The notes: generated by a model not told the origin, from the letters alone. DNA of 63,745 nt, filler included, from Craspedostauros australis (GCA_030167865.1; 5 parts of 5 records of this genome joined end to end with filler, not necessarily neighbours in it); one strand, 5' to 3'; shown: positions 1-10,889, numbered from the whole stretch's first letter. Numbers and translations: made by a program.

Positions 1-2366
1 GCGATGGATCCAGCGCAACGCACAAGACCTGCGATATCGGCACCCGAAAAACCTCCTGTGGCATAGCTGGCGGCCAGGTCATAGGTTGGACGCACCGCCG
101 AAGATGCACCCGTCAGTACCCGCCCCACAAAATGACGCACTGCTGCTCTTTTGCGACCCGGAGACACCGAAGGCGATGGTGCTGGCGGCGATACTGATTG
201 AGTCTGGCTGTTGCTGCCATCTCCAGCTGTACCTACATCTCCACTTGCACCTACACCTACACCTACACTTCCACTACCCCAGAAACCATCCATGGACATG
301 CCATCGCTGGGCATACCATCGATTGCAGAGCAAAGAGGCTTGCTCAAACGACCGCGCTTCCGCAACGCATCAAAGTGGATCTTCAGGATCTCACGACGGC
401 CTTCCCGGTCAGGAAGCGGGATCTCGATCTGGACCTCCAGCCGTCCCGGACGCAGCAACGCCTCATCCAGAAGCTCACGACGATTGGTCATGCCGATCAG
501 CAGCACGTTGTCAATCGAGTTGACACCATCCATCTTCGCCAGGATCTGATTGACGACGCTGGCACGTGTGGCCTCACCGGAGTCTTCTCCAGCACTGCGA
601 CGCCGGAACACGGCATCGACCTCATCGATCACGATCACATGCAAAGCACTCTTCGTGACATCGCCGTTGCATGCAGCCAGCTCTGCCTCAGCATCAGCAA
701 ACAGAGATCGCACCAGCTTCTCCGATCCACCGACCCATCGATCCAGCAGCTCTGGTGCTGATGCGATCTTGGGCTTGCGAGCACGCAGAGCACGCGCGAT
801 CTCTCTTGCGAGTGCTGTCTTGCCACATCCAGGAGGTCCATACAGCAACAGCCCGCGGACGGGTGTCAAGCCCAACGCCAACAGCTCTTCGGCTTCCATG
901 GCAGTCCGGCTGAGCTGCGTCGTGACCTCGTCCTTGGCCCCATCCTTGATCTTGTCCTTCATGCTGTCCTTGTCCGTGATGGCAGTGTTGTCATCCTCAT
1001 CGGCTGGACGGATGACACGACCATCGAGCACACGTCGGACGATCGAGCTGATCTCTTTCTGCAGACCGCCGACGGAGGATTCGAAGTCGGATTGGAATGC
1101 GTCATTGCGTTCACTGCCAGATAGCGAGATGGGGATTGCCAGCTGATCGTTGATCGAGCTCCCTCCATCCCCGTTGCTACCACCATCACCATTCTCACTC
1201 ATGTACTGACCAAACATCCGTTCTGGTCTCCATGCCAAGTTCTCAATCATCATTTCCTGCATCTGTGGACTCTTTTCAGGAACGATTCCTTGTCCAGGTG
1301 CCATCAGCAGGACCTCCAATGCGGCGCATGGTCCCATGTCGACCGCCTCGTACATCCTTTCAGGACCGCCGTACTGGATCCATGTTGGCAGGTTGTCCTT
1401 GGATGACACCATGATATCTGTGCGTTCACCAGCCTTGCGAGGTGAACGGTTGGAATTGTGAGATCCGATGAGACGGTACCGCGTGATGCCACCATACAGC
1501 AGCTTGCCGCAGATCAACGACGATGATGGTTCCAGCAGCGGTCCCTTCAGCGATGCACCCGATGGCAACAGCACCAACCGACATCGCAATCGTGCCAGGA
1601 ACTGCTCTCGTGTTTGATCGATGCGTTCCATGGACTGATCGGTGATGACGGTGGCGTTGATGATGGACTGGAAGGTCTTCGACACGTCCACGATCATGGG
1701 TGTGGGTGATGACTTCATCCATCGGATCCACGAGAATGCGTCATCACGATCCATGGGTGTCTTCTGTTCATCTGGCAGCTTGAGTTTGATCTTCTCCATG
1801 ACCCTTTGGAATGCAAATAGGTTCTTTTCATCGATCCATGTTGTTGATGAGTTGGGTATTCTTGTGTTGTCCTTGCCCGTGGCCTCAAGTTGAAGGTCAC
1901 TTTCCGCGAGGCAAGTTGCGGCACGGCCAGCGAGGAGCTCGAACATGTTGACATCGATGGTTGATGTGGTTTGGTCTGTGGATGCGGAGGATTTGATTGA
2001 CTTGTCACCATCAACAGTGTCCTTGTTGTTGTCCTTGTTGTTGTTGTTGTTGTTGTCATCACGTGATGGTTCCAAGGTGGCTGATGTGGAATCGCCGTTG
2101 ACAGCAGCGGTCATTCCTGGTGGAGAATCACGCAGTCGCAGAGATCGTGGGTTCGTTCTGCGCTGTCTCCATGATGGTTGATTCCGTTGAGAGTACTGTG
2201 AGTGTGGTTGTGGCTGCAACTGCAACTGTGATTGTGATTGTTGGTAGTTGTTGTTGATGATTGGTGATGGGGTGTGGAATGATGTCACCAATGCGATCGG
2301 CAGGAGCACAAGTACAAGTACAGGCACCAGGATCAGGTTGGTTCGCACCAGTGTGTGCGAAGTCAT
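1..2366 (-). CDS. NSF/Sec18 D1-like single-domain AAA+ ATPase with putative bipartite plastid-targeting presequence (copy 1; 3' end runs off window start)
   Basis: Reading frame extends from the MDRDDAF ATG (1754) up to an in-frame ATG at 2366 giving MTSHTLVRTNLILVPVLVLVLLPIALVTS-FHTPSP. Walker A GPPGCGKT, Walker [12 protein letters not shown]-like [33 protein letters not shown]. Confidence 0.85.
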   Translation of the reverse strand, partial: MTSHTLVRTNLILVPVLVLVLLPIALVTSFHTPSPIINNNYQQSQSQLQLQPQPHSQYSQRNQPSWRQRRTNPRSLRLRDSPPGMTAAVNGDSTSATLEPSRDDNNNNNNKDNNKDTVDGDKSIKSSASTDQTTSTIDVNMFELLAGRAATCLAESDLQLEATGKDNTRIPNSSTTWIDEKNLFAFQRVMEKIKLKLPDEQKTPMDRDDAFSWIRWMKSSPTPMIVDVSKTFQSIINATVITDQSMERIDQTREQFLARLRCRLVLLPSGASLKGPLLEPSSSLICGKLLYGGITRYRLIGSHNSNRSPRKAGERTDIMVSSKDNLPTWIQYGGPERMYEAVDMGPCAALEVLLMAPGQGIVPEKSPQMQEMMIENLAWRPERMFGQYMSENGDGGSNGDGGSSINDQLAIPISLSGSERNDAFQSDFESSVGGLQKEISSIVRRVLDGRVIRPADEDDNTAITDKDSMKDKIKDGAKDEVTTQLSRTAMEAEELLALGLTPVRGLLLYGPPGCGKTALAREIARALRARKPKIASAPELLDRWVGGSEKLVRSLFADAEAELAACNGDVTKSALHVIVIDEVDAVFRRRSAGEDSGEATRASVVNQILAKMDGVNSIDNVLLIGMTNRRELLDEALLRPGRLEVQIEIPLPDREGRREILKIHFDALRKRGRLSKPLCSAIDGMPSDGMSMDGFWGSGSVGVGVGASGDVGTAGDGSNSQTQSVSPPAPSPSVSPGRKRAAVRHFVGRVLTGASSAVRPTYDLAASYATGGFSGADIAGLVRCAGSI

Positions 2367-3231
2367 GGTGCGATGATGTGGAAGCACGATGATGCCTTGG
2401 TTGGTGATGTCTTGTACTCGTTCGTACGATCTATGGTGCAGTGTGTATGATTGAGAATGTTCGTGGTTGGAGTTGTTGATGTGTCAGAAGCAGAAGAACG
2501 AATGAAGAGACAGAAGATAGAACAAAGTGTGTGTTGTGTTTGTTCGGAAGATCCAGAAGAACGTGGAAAATCACATTGTTGATGTCCAAACAAACGTCAC
2601 TCTTGTTCGACAACCATTTCCACACACGACCGTGTTTCACTCGTACTGTGAGCTCTCACAGATGGCGGTCAACGAGTGCGGATAGAGAGTGGACTTGAAC
2701 ATCCTGCAACGCAAGAACAATGCAAGTGAGACGTGTTCCTTATCCTTCATTGTGTGCAATATCTCTCTTATCCATACGATCACATCTATCGTGTGATCTC
2801 TGGAAAGACACATGTGTGTGTGTTCACTGTGATGATGATTTGGACGATGAGAATGCCTACATTCGTGTATACTATCTAGAGAGATGTACTCGCGCCACGA
2901 CTCAGAACTCTTGACTCAACAACCAAATGCCATTCACCAATCTAATTTCATCGAACACTCTACGAACTTGACTTCTCCACTAAACCTGAGTGAGGTTGAG
3001 AGTATATGAATAAGAAATGTGGTTGGAGTGACAGATCGGGCCTGGTTGGATTTCGGGTTGCACTCTTGTGCAACCCGTTGTCAAGCAACAGCACCAAACT
3101 CATCATCAAACTCAAAATCGCGATTGTTTCCAACCAGGCCTGATCTACCTTTTTTGCTCTGCAATCACTTTTTTGCTCGACGACAATCGTGGGAAGATTA
3201 AAAGCACATCTAGTTACAATTATTCATTTGT

Positions 3232-5112
3232 TTACATATCAAGCCACTTCATGTCAATGTTGATGGCCTTGGTACCAGTGTGGATGGACTCGAAGGCATC
3301 GCCGTTGGAATAATCCCGGAACGTGGTCCAATCCTTGCGATGTTTTGATCCATTCTGCTGTCGGGCTTTGACGTAGCGGTGGTGGTCGGACAGGATATCA
3401 TGTTGCGCGATGCGCTTGCCGGCTTCGTTGAGGTGTTCGAAGGTCCCGAGGGAGACGGGGTAGTTGGCGGCTTGCATGATGTCAGCCAGGAGCTTGATGG
3501 AGTAGGACGTCTCCCTGCTGAGCTCGGCGCACCAAATGTCGGAGACGCCTTCCGAGGCCCAAACGCCGGGGACCTTGCCGATGGCGTTGTAGTAGTTGAG
3601 GTCCATGTAGATGCGTCGATGCGGCATGTTCATTTCTGCGATGGCGCGTTTGAGGTTGTGCGCCTTCATTTCGTCCTTGGTGGGGCAGGGCAAGTCACCG
3701 GAGATGAGCTGAGCGAAGAGGTATGCGAAGGCATCGTGGTCCATCATGGGGCTGCTGGTCAAGTCCTGGAAGAACATCATCTGCGGGTTCTCGATCTGTG
3801 CATTCGAAAGGAAAGAGGGAAGTTGTGAGATGACGAGGCAGTGTAGTAAAGGACGGTTTTCCAACTCACAGCAGACACAACCCACACTTGACTGCGTACG
3901 TACCACAACACCATGATACAGATCGGGCGAATGCGACCACCCGTAATGCGTCGGAACCGTGGGCTCGACATGCCCCAGATACTGGTCGAACTGATTGGGC
4001 GACATCTTCCAATCCTTGGGCAGATCCGGAATGGGAATCTTGCCCTGCTTGTAGAGCAGGTTGGGATCGAGCATCTGATGGGCGGCTCCGTAGCCCGTGC
4101 AAAAGAGGACCGCGTCGATATTTTCCAAAACAACGTGCTCGGACTCGCCGTAACCGACGTATCCCGCCTTCCAGTCCCAGTGCAGGTACTCCAACCGCAG
4201 CGTGTTGTCCCCTTTTGCGTCCAAGATCTGCGTCTGCGTGTGCACGTCTACCTTGTTGCCGGGCCACGTCTCGGTCCAGAAGACGTGCGCCTCGGAACTG
4301 CGACAGACAATGTCGACGTGCTCGACGCCTAGCTTGACGGCCTGGATGGCGAGATCTTCGGCCGAATAGGAACCACCGATGAGGACGATGCGCTTGCCTT
4401 TGACGGTGGCCTCGAGGTCGGCCGAGTCGGCGGAATGCAGGATCTGTCCCTTGAAGCCGCCGGCCCTGAGCTTGTGCACGGTCTGCTTGGGCATCTTCTG
4501 CTGTCCGTTCTCGCCGGCCGCCCAGATGCAGTAATCGAAGTCCTGCGTGTGGTTCAGGTTGCGGACGAGGTCGTTGGTGCGGACCCGGAACTTGCGCGTG
4601 GCCCGATCGAACGTGACGTTCTGGACCTCCGTGTTGAACTGCATGTAGCGCTCGAAGAGGTCCGGCGTGTTGCGCGTGACGCGCTTCATCATGTAGTCCA
4701 GGACGTGCTTGCGCTGCAGGTAGACGTGCACGGGCTGCTGGAAGTGGTCGTCGAAGGTGTAGTCGTCGAACTCCATGTTGTGCGATGCGCCGTTGGTCCA
4801 GAGGTTGTCGTACATCTCGACGCAGTCGGACGTGTCTGTCTCATCCGCCTTGCGCCACACGCCTCCCGGGCTGGAGGCTCGTTCGAAGCATTGGATGCGG
4901 ATGCTGCTGTTAGCGTTGTTGCTGTTGGCCTTCCGCAGCTTCTGATCCATGTGGTAGCAGAAGAACATGCCTCCGGGTCCAGCTCCGATCACGCAGACGG
5001 ACTTTGCCTGGTTGGCTGCCGCACCGGAGCGCAAGGGTCGCTCGGTCGATGCGGCCGCCATGGTGTCTGGCGATGTCGCAAACGCTGCTGGGAGGGCGCT
5101 GTTGGGAGCCAT
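3232..5112 (-). CDS. Flavin-containing monooxygenase (class B FMO), bacterial Tmm/mFMO-like; probable 108-nt intron at 3796-3903
   Basis: FAD motif VIGAGPGG, ERxxxxGGVW, MYDNLWTNG...EFDDYTFDDHF, FMO motif FKGQILHSAD, NADPH motif IGGSYSAED, LFCTGY. Likely start ATG 5112 (MAPNSA); the ORF-track extension to 5523 looks non-coding. Intron GTACGT...TTTCGAATGCACAG. Confidence 0.9.
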   Translation of the reverse strand: MAPNSALPAAFATSPDTMAAASTERPLRSGAAANQAKSVCVIGAGPGGMFFCYHMDQKLRKANSNNANSSIRIQCFERASSPGGVWRKADETDTSDCVEMYDNLWTNGASHNMEFDDYTFDDHFQQPVHVYLQRKHVLDYMMKRVTRNTPDLFERYMQFNTEVQNVTFDRATRKFRVRTNDLVRNLNHTQDFDYCIWAAGENGQQKMPKQTVHKLRAGGFKGQILHSADSADLEATVKGKRIVLIGGSYSAEDLAIQAVKLGVEHVDIVCRSSEAHVFWTETWPGNKVDVHTQTQILDAKGDNTLRLEYLHWDWKAGYVGYGESEHVVLENIDAVLFCTGYGAAHQMLDPNLLYKQGKIPIPDLPKDWKMSPNQFDQYLGHVEPTVPTHYGWSHSPDLYHGVVVRTQSSVGCVCCELENRPLLHCLVISQLPSFLSNAQIENPQMMFFQDLTSSPMMDHDAFAYLFAQLISGDLPCPTKDEMKAHNLKRAIAEMNMPHRRIYMDLNYYNAIGKVPGVWASEGVSDIWCAELSRETSYSIKLLADIMQAANYPVSLGTFEHLNEAGKRIAQHDILSDHHRYVKARQQNGSKHRKDWTTFRDYSNGDAFESIHTGTKAINIDMKWLDM

Positions 5113-6073
5113 GGTCCTGCTATATATCGTATAATAGTCTGGTGTGGCTTGGGGAATGCCGCAACGTCGGAATGGTTGTTGAAAAGTGACTGAGATGTGA
5201 ATACAATGTGATATGATGTGATATAATGCAATGTGGCAACTTGGGTTGTCTGATGTCAGCACTCCTTTTGGGTTCCTCTGCTGTTGGTGTTGCTGCTGAG
5301 GGCGTTGCGAGGAGCACCAAAGTTGCCGCCGTTTTTTTTGCCGTCGTTTCTTGCTCGGCAACACGTCAGGCACGCGGACACGGAATAACGGTGTGTTGTG
5401 TCGTAGTCGCAACGATACTTCTCTTTGAATTTGTCGCGCAACCACGCGAACTTTTCTCCGAATTCTGTTCGGCAATGCACATTTGCGATGAACAACGCGT
5501 GCACAACGAATGCCATGCAACAAAAGGTTGCTTGACCCATGCGGTACTCTACTACCACACAGTGCGTAGTTGTATCACACGTGCACTGTACGCACTAAAC
5601 ACAACTCCACACGTGCATGATCGGATACATCGCAATTGCCGAACTTACTGAGGAACAATCGCGTAGAAGGTTGAAACATGTGAGATGTCAAATGGCATCT
5701 CTGCTCTGTTCTTGTCTTTCCTTTGTGCGGTCTCGCCAACGTCACGAAGCAAACGAGAACAAATGATAAAAATAAAGCGAACGATAGTTGCCGTTGAATT
5801 TGGCAGCTATCATGAGGCTGTTCACTCGTCTCGTTGCAAGTTACCCCAACTGTACCTGTATGATGCAGAGAGCGCAGTCGTCTTCATGCCATACTGTGCC
5901 ACGCTGCGCCATGCCATCTTCACTGCTCTCATGCCTCAGTTCGTGCCCGCCGATGGATTGCATCGCATCGTGTTGCATTGCATTGACGGCTACGCCATGG
6001 TGCCATTCCACCAATCATCTGCTCTCTACTACACCACCTGTCACTCCATGTTCCCTCCGGCAATGCCAGCCCA

Positions 6074-7507
6074 TCATATCTTCATGGAATACATCTTCCA
6101 ATCCCCCATGGCTGGTTTGTAAAACAACTCGCGCTGCGCCATCGAGCCCGCGTATCGGCATTTGATGAGCAAGCTCAGCAAGGCTTGATCATGCCGATGT
6201 TCCTGAAACGTCGGCAGATTGGGCACGGTCGATGCTTCGTCGTTGATCCAATGATACCGAGCGCACCAATCTTGCCACGTCCGCAGAAACGCAATGATTC
6301 CATCCTTGAGGCGCAGCATCAGGAATGCTCCATTGTATTGATTCGACGACAGCACGCCATCGTCCGTATCGCCGCAGATCTCCAAATAGACATCGCGCTT
6401 CACCCACTCGCGTTCCACGAACTCCAGCTCGTAGAGGGCCAGATTGTGATCGTGCCGTATCATGTGCCGCATCAATTCGTCGATCCATGTCATGTGGTAG
6501 ACCGTGTCGATGTCGCTGAAGATCAGAAAGCCGTCCTGCTGCGCGGCGTCTGCATGATGCAACAGCAAAGGCGCCTTCCAGAACCAATACCCGCCACCAC
6601 GCGAGGGCACCGGTGTGGTCGGATCCTGAAATTGCAAGTGCATGCGCCATCGTGGATCGTTTTGAATGAACGCAGGAAACTGATGATAGAAATGCAAATT
6701 GGAATCCGGAATGAGACGCGTCGCTGCGATGGCCTCCTTGGTTTGCTCCACCTGCGATTGAAATCGAGTTGGCGGCCAACCGAATTTGGCAGAAATGTAA
6801 TGGATGGATGATCCTTGCACCGGCAGCTGTTCGGGTCTTGCATGCACCGGCGTCGCACCGCAGTGTCGCAGCGGTGGATAGACGTACGATTGGCACATGA
6901 GCTCGTACCGTCTTGCCCATGGTCTTGTGAATTGCCGTAGGAACATGCGGCGCGTCGGCGGCGAAGCAACGTTGATTACCAGCAGGATGACAAGTATCGT
7001 CCAAAGGCATTGCCTCCTCTTTCGCTTTGCCGTGTTCTGCCCATCGCAGCCGCTGCTGCAACGAATCTGGCTCATGCTCCCACAGAAGGTTCGGAGGTAT
7101 CGTTGGAACCGTTGCGATAAGTCCTTTGTCGATTCATCGCCTGCTTTCGAGGATGGAGACGGCAGCGCCAATGATGGTGAAGTGCTGGGCTGGTACGACT
7201 GCGACAAAGGCAGCATCACCTGCGACGTAGATGTCGACCCTCCACGATCGTTGGCACTTGAATGACCGCCTGCGCTGGCAGTGAGGAGATCGTTTGCGGC
7301 GGTCGGTCCATCTGGGCCATGGACTGCAGGGCGCTGCCTTGTGCCGAAAGTCGATGATGCCGATGCCATTGGAGGTGGAGACCACGTTGCTTCTTTCCGC
7401 TGCTTTTCTACTGGTGATGGGCGGTTCGAAGTGCTCGTGCTCGTGCTCGTGACGTTGTTCAGTGAAGACAACGATACTCTTTCAGCTTGAGGCGCGCGTT
7501 GTCTCAT
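6074..7507 (-). CDS. Type II membrane glycosyltransferase-like protein (GT-A fold, YWxWK / HRHDQ family)
   Basis: Low-complexity N-terminus, basic stretch KRKRR then TM helix LWTILVILLVINVA, then GGGYWFWKAPLL, DxD motif SDID and FQEHRHDQALLSLL. Start chosen at ATG 7507 (MRQRAP). Confidence 0.65.
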   Translation of the reverse strand: MRQRAPQAERVSLSSLNNVTSTSTSTSNRPSPVEKQRKEATWSPPPMASASSTFGTRQRPAVHGPDGPTAANDLLTASAGGHSSANDRGGSTSTSQVMLPLSQSYQPSTSPSLALPSPSSKAGDESTKDLSQRFQRYLRTFCGSMSQIRCSSGCDGQNTAKRKRRQCLWTILVILLVINVASPPTRRMFLRQFTRPWARRYELMCQSYVYPPLRHCGATPVHARPEQLPVQGSSIHYISAKFGWPPTRFQSQVEQTKEAIAATRLIPDSNLHFYHQFPAFIQNDPRWRMHLQFQDPTTPVPSRGGGYWFWKAPLLLHHADAAQQDGFLIFSDIDTVYHMTWIDELMRHMIRHDHNLALYELEFVEREWVKRDVYLEICGDTDDGVLSSNQYNGAFLMLRLKDGIIAFLRTWQDWCARYHWINDEASTVPNLPTFQEHRHDQALLSLLIKCRYAGSMAQRELFYKPAMGDWKMYSMKI

Positions 7508-7969
7508 TACTCTGCGCACCAATAAGACTACTTGATGATGCTGTGATGGAATGACCGTAAGCACCATTGCATGAGCGTTGATGCCATGGGTGAACTTGAT
7601 GATGGCTGCGTTGGTGGTGATGGCGGTGGTGATGGCAGTGGTGATGGTCGCGTTGTTTTGCCGTGTCGAACGTCTGGAGACTTCGAGAAGGATGTGAAAT
7701 CGACGCATTCGATTAAATCCAAAATCAGGAATGAAATCGGGAATGATAGACAAGAAGATAAACCTAGATACATCGTCGATATGCACCGGAAGCTGCGGTA
7801 ACTATGTGTACAACTATTGTGATTGATGTATTCAGCGTGTACGGACAACCACCAAGAAAGACAGAAAATTTGGCGCCAACAGAGATGTGCGCAAATCAAG
7901 CTGCATTCTTGGACCTTCATCATCATTGTCATCATCATCACATACTCAACTACTCATCCCACCCAAACA

Positions 7970-8899
7970 ATGACGACAACACCCCCCATTTGGTGGATCG
8001 TCGGTGACGGCGATTTATCGTACAGCGCCCAATGCGCACGTTCCGAGACGACGATGCATATCCACGCCACCGTGCTGGAAACGGAAGCACATCACCGCCG
8101 CGTCTATCACAATTCCGATACCAACACGCAAATCATCCGCGATGCCGGCCACACCGTCTTGTTCGGCATCGATTGTCGTCAACCGCATCCTTGCGAACGC
8201 GTCGATTTCTTGTTCCCGCACGTCGTCGGCAAGAACAATTTGAAACGCAATCGCAAGTTGGTGCGCGACTTTTTGTGTAACGCTAGTGGGGCGCAGCATA
8301 TTTACATCGCCGTGACGCAAGAACAATCGACGACATGGCAGATCGCGCAGTCGGCGGCCTTGTACGGTCTGTTCGTGACGGAATTGGAGACGCGGTACCG
8401 ACCCACGCATCATCTGTCGTCGCATCGTGGACGCGATCGCGGGTTTCGCGTCGGCGATGATGCATGCCGGTATCTGTTGAGTCGCACGGCGCCCAGCAAC
8501 GGCGATCTGCAACTGTGCTGTCGTCATCAGTTGGCCATGAAAGTGTCGGCGACGGTGGTGGATAGACATTTGGCGGAGCTGTTGCAAGATAACGAGCTGG
8601 TCGTCAACGAGGATCTGGAGGTGATGGAATACAAGGCACCGACGTTGGTGGAGGCATCGACCTTGAAGAATTGTTCCCTGAACGTGTACGTGCTGCATGT
8701 TCTGATGGTGGGCAAGAAGGCGCCGCTGAGCCGTCCGATTGCGGATGGGGTGCGTGAACACTTGGAAGATGGCGTGCGGCAGAAATGGGGCTTGCAGGTT
8801 GCCAAGGGTGGCAGGATGGTGGGACAGTTGGTGCCGTACGGTGCGCACAAGAAGGAAATGGAATCAAGCGCAAAGGCAGACAGCGCTTCTTCCTCATGA
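7970..8899 (+). CDS. BMT5/DUF2431-like rRNA (uridine-N3)-methyltransferase domain protein (FDXACB1 N-domain-like)
   Basis: IVGDGDLSYS, ATVLET, VLFGID, FLFPH, NLKRNRKLVRDFL, WQI..SAA, SSHRGRDRGF match the family pattern. ATG at 7970. Confidence 0.75.
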   Translation: MTTTPPIWWIVGDGDLSYSAQCARSETTMHIHATVLETEAHHRRVYHNSDTNTQIIRDAGHTVLFGIDCRQPHPCERVDFLFPHVVGKNNLKRNRKLVRDFLCNASGAQHIYIAVTQEQSTTWQIAQSAALYGLFVTELETRYRPTHHLSSHRGRDRGFRVGDDACRYLLSRTAPSNGDLQLCCRHQLAMKVSATVVDRHLAELLQDNELVVNEDLEVMEYKAPTLVEASTLKNCSLNVYVLHVLMVGKKAPLSRPIADGVREHLEDGVRQKWGLQVAKGGRMVGQLVPYGAHKKEMESSAKADSASSS

Positions 8900-9010
8900 C
8901 ACTGGCGTTTCTTTTCTTACAATGAGTGTCTATTCTAGAGTTGTTCCTGGCAGATAGGATTATCATTGACTTGACTTGACTTGACGTGATGATATGTTCT
9001 TGCATGCTCA

Positions 9011-10036
9011 TCAAAACCCGACATTGGACGTTTGCGTCAACAGGGTGCGACTCCTCGCGCTGTTCTGCTGCGGCACATCGGACCGCGATTTCTTCGGTGA
9101 CAGGCTCCTCGCTACAGGACGCTTGTTTGGCTGCTGCTGCCGCCTGCCAACGTACGGAAACGGAACGGACTGGACATGCTGCGACAGCTGATGACGATAG
9201 AAACGTCCCGCCTTGGTCTTGTACCTGACCTGCACCACGTTGTGCTGCGTGAGGGTGGAGGAGGGCGAGAAGTTGGTGGCACCAGGATGCAGACCGTGGC
9301 GGCGGAAGAAGGTGGAGAGCTGGGCGTTGCCACCCTCCAGCATCTGCAGGATCTCGCTGAGCTTCCAATGGTCCATGGTGAGGGATCGCACCGTGGAGAT
9401 GGAGACGCCCATGGATCGGTGATGGCCTGCGCAGTCGAGGCAGAGGAGGGCGCCGAAGCTGGCCGTGGCCCACTGCGGATTGAGCTTCCCGCAGTCCATG
9501 CAGTTGGAGTTGCCGGGCAGCTGCGTGACGAGTCGGCAGCACGCCGTCGGGAATGGGCGCGTGATTGGCTGAGCGGATGCTGGCTGTTGCTGCAGTTTCC
9601 TGAATTCCTCCAATTCGGCAGTTGCCAAGTCAGTGTAGGACAGGAGGGAGTTGGCCGATCGGGGTGCGGCTGGCAGAGTGCGTCTGACCTTGCGAGAGTT
9701 GCTGCTGCTGCTGTGTTTAGCTGGTGCTCCTGCTTTGGTTGACGTTGCTGCATTCATAGGCGTAGTCTTTCTGTTGGCAGCGTTGGCGTTGGTGATGTCC
9801 ATGTCTTCATCTTCGTCGTCGTCGCTGATGATCGAGGCGTTGGTGCGCACCACGCTCTGCGATTCATCAATGGCGTTCGTTGGCGAGTTGTGAAGCGACG
9901 TCTGCATCGGCGAAGCGGCAGACACAGTCATTGGAGTCAGAGTAGCGGAGTGCGAGTAGTAGCGTTGGTTGTCTGTTGCTGGGGTTGCTGCGAAGAACTT
10001 GGCTGTTGCGGTTGTCACGACGGATGTGGTGGACAT
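9011..10036 (-). CDS. ArfGAP domain protein
   Basis: GNSN-CMDC-x16-CLDC-x4-R zinc finger with arginine finger, then SMGVSISTVRSLTMDHW and MLEGGN. Confidence 0.92.
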   Translation of the reverse strand: MSTTSVVTTATAKFFAATPATDNQRYYSHSATLTPMTVSAASPMQTSLHNSPTNAIDESQSVVRTNASIISDDDEDEDMDITNANAANRKTTPMNAATSTKAGAPAKHSSSSNSRKVRRTLPAAPRSANSLLSYTDLATAELEEFRKLQQQPASAQPITRPFPTACCRLVTQLPGNSNCMDCGKLNPQWATASFGALLCLDCAGHHRSMGVSISTVRSLTMDHWKLSEILQMLEGGNAQLSTFFRRHGLHPGATNFSPSSTLTQHNVVQVRYKTKAGRFYRHQLSQHVQSVPFPYVGRRQQQPNKRPVARSLSPKKSRSDVPQQNSARSRTLLTQTSNVGF

Positions 10037-10889
10037 GATGTGCGGTGTAGTTCAATGCAATGGAGCAGCGCGCGAAATGAGAAAGCGAGCGGAATGTGAG
10101 GTTGCCGTTGTTGCACGTCGTTGGTGGACTTACAATGGCTCTGGGTGTTGATGGTCACAGTACGACTACACACAAAGGAGAGTATGGTGCCACACTAATA
10201 CGGGTACGAGCTGTGAAGTCGGAGTATTACGACCTCCGGCTGAGTCTTGATGCGAGGTTTCTCTCTTGGCCTTGCGATGAATTGGGCTTTCCCGAGAATG
10301 CGTGTGCGCTAATGAAACAACACCTTCCACGATGATCGTGAAATTCGGAGGCCTGGTCGTGGAAACACACGCAACATCCTGCTTTCGCCACCATCACCAA
10401 CACACCTTAATACACCTCCGAACAATGGACGTCTCCTTGCTCCTTGTTGCCGTCGTCGTCGTGGGCAGCGCTCTTGTTGTTGCGCTCCTGTGGCCCCTTC
10501 CCGCGCTTTCCTTCTTTCTCTGTTTGGATGTCAGTTGCTGCGTGTCAACAGGCAACGTGTTGCATCATGACGAAACCCGTTCCGAATGTGACAACGGAAA
10601 TCAGTCGTGTCGCTGGCCTAGAATTCTATTTGGTACTCAGATATCACGATTGGGGTATATCTGTATGACAACGCTCCAAAGACGAAGTACTTTTTGTTCT
10701 CTCGAGATTCAATTTGATGGTGCAGTAAACAGGCGAACAAACGGTTGAGCACAAGCAGACTGTCGTTTGTTTGATTGACAGGATGGTTTACTATTATTTC
10801 TTCAATACTGACCTCTCCTGTCCGACGACTCGTGTCCGCATGCCGCAATCCAGTAATCGAATTGCACAGCAGCAACAGAGCATCGTCGT

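Noticed and set aside
5113..5523. 137-aa N-terminal extension of the FMO ORF
   Set aside because: Starts at a non-ATG codon and has UTR/promoter-like composition.
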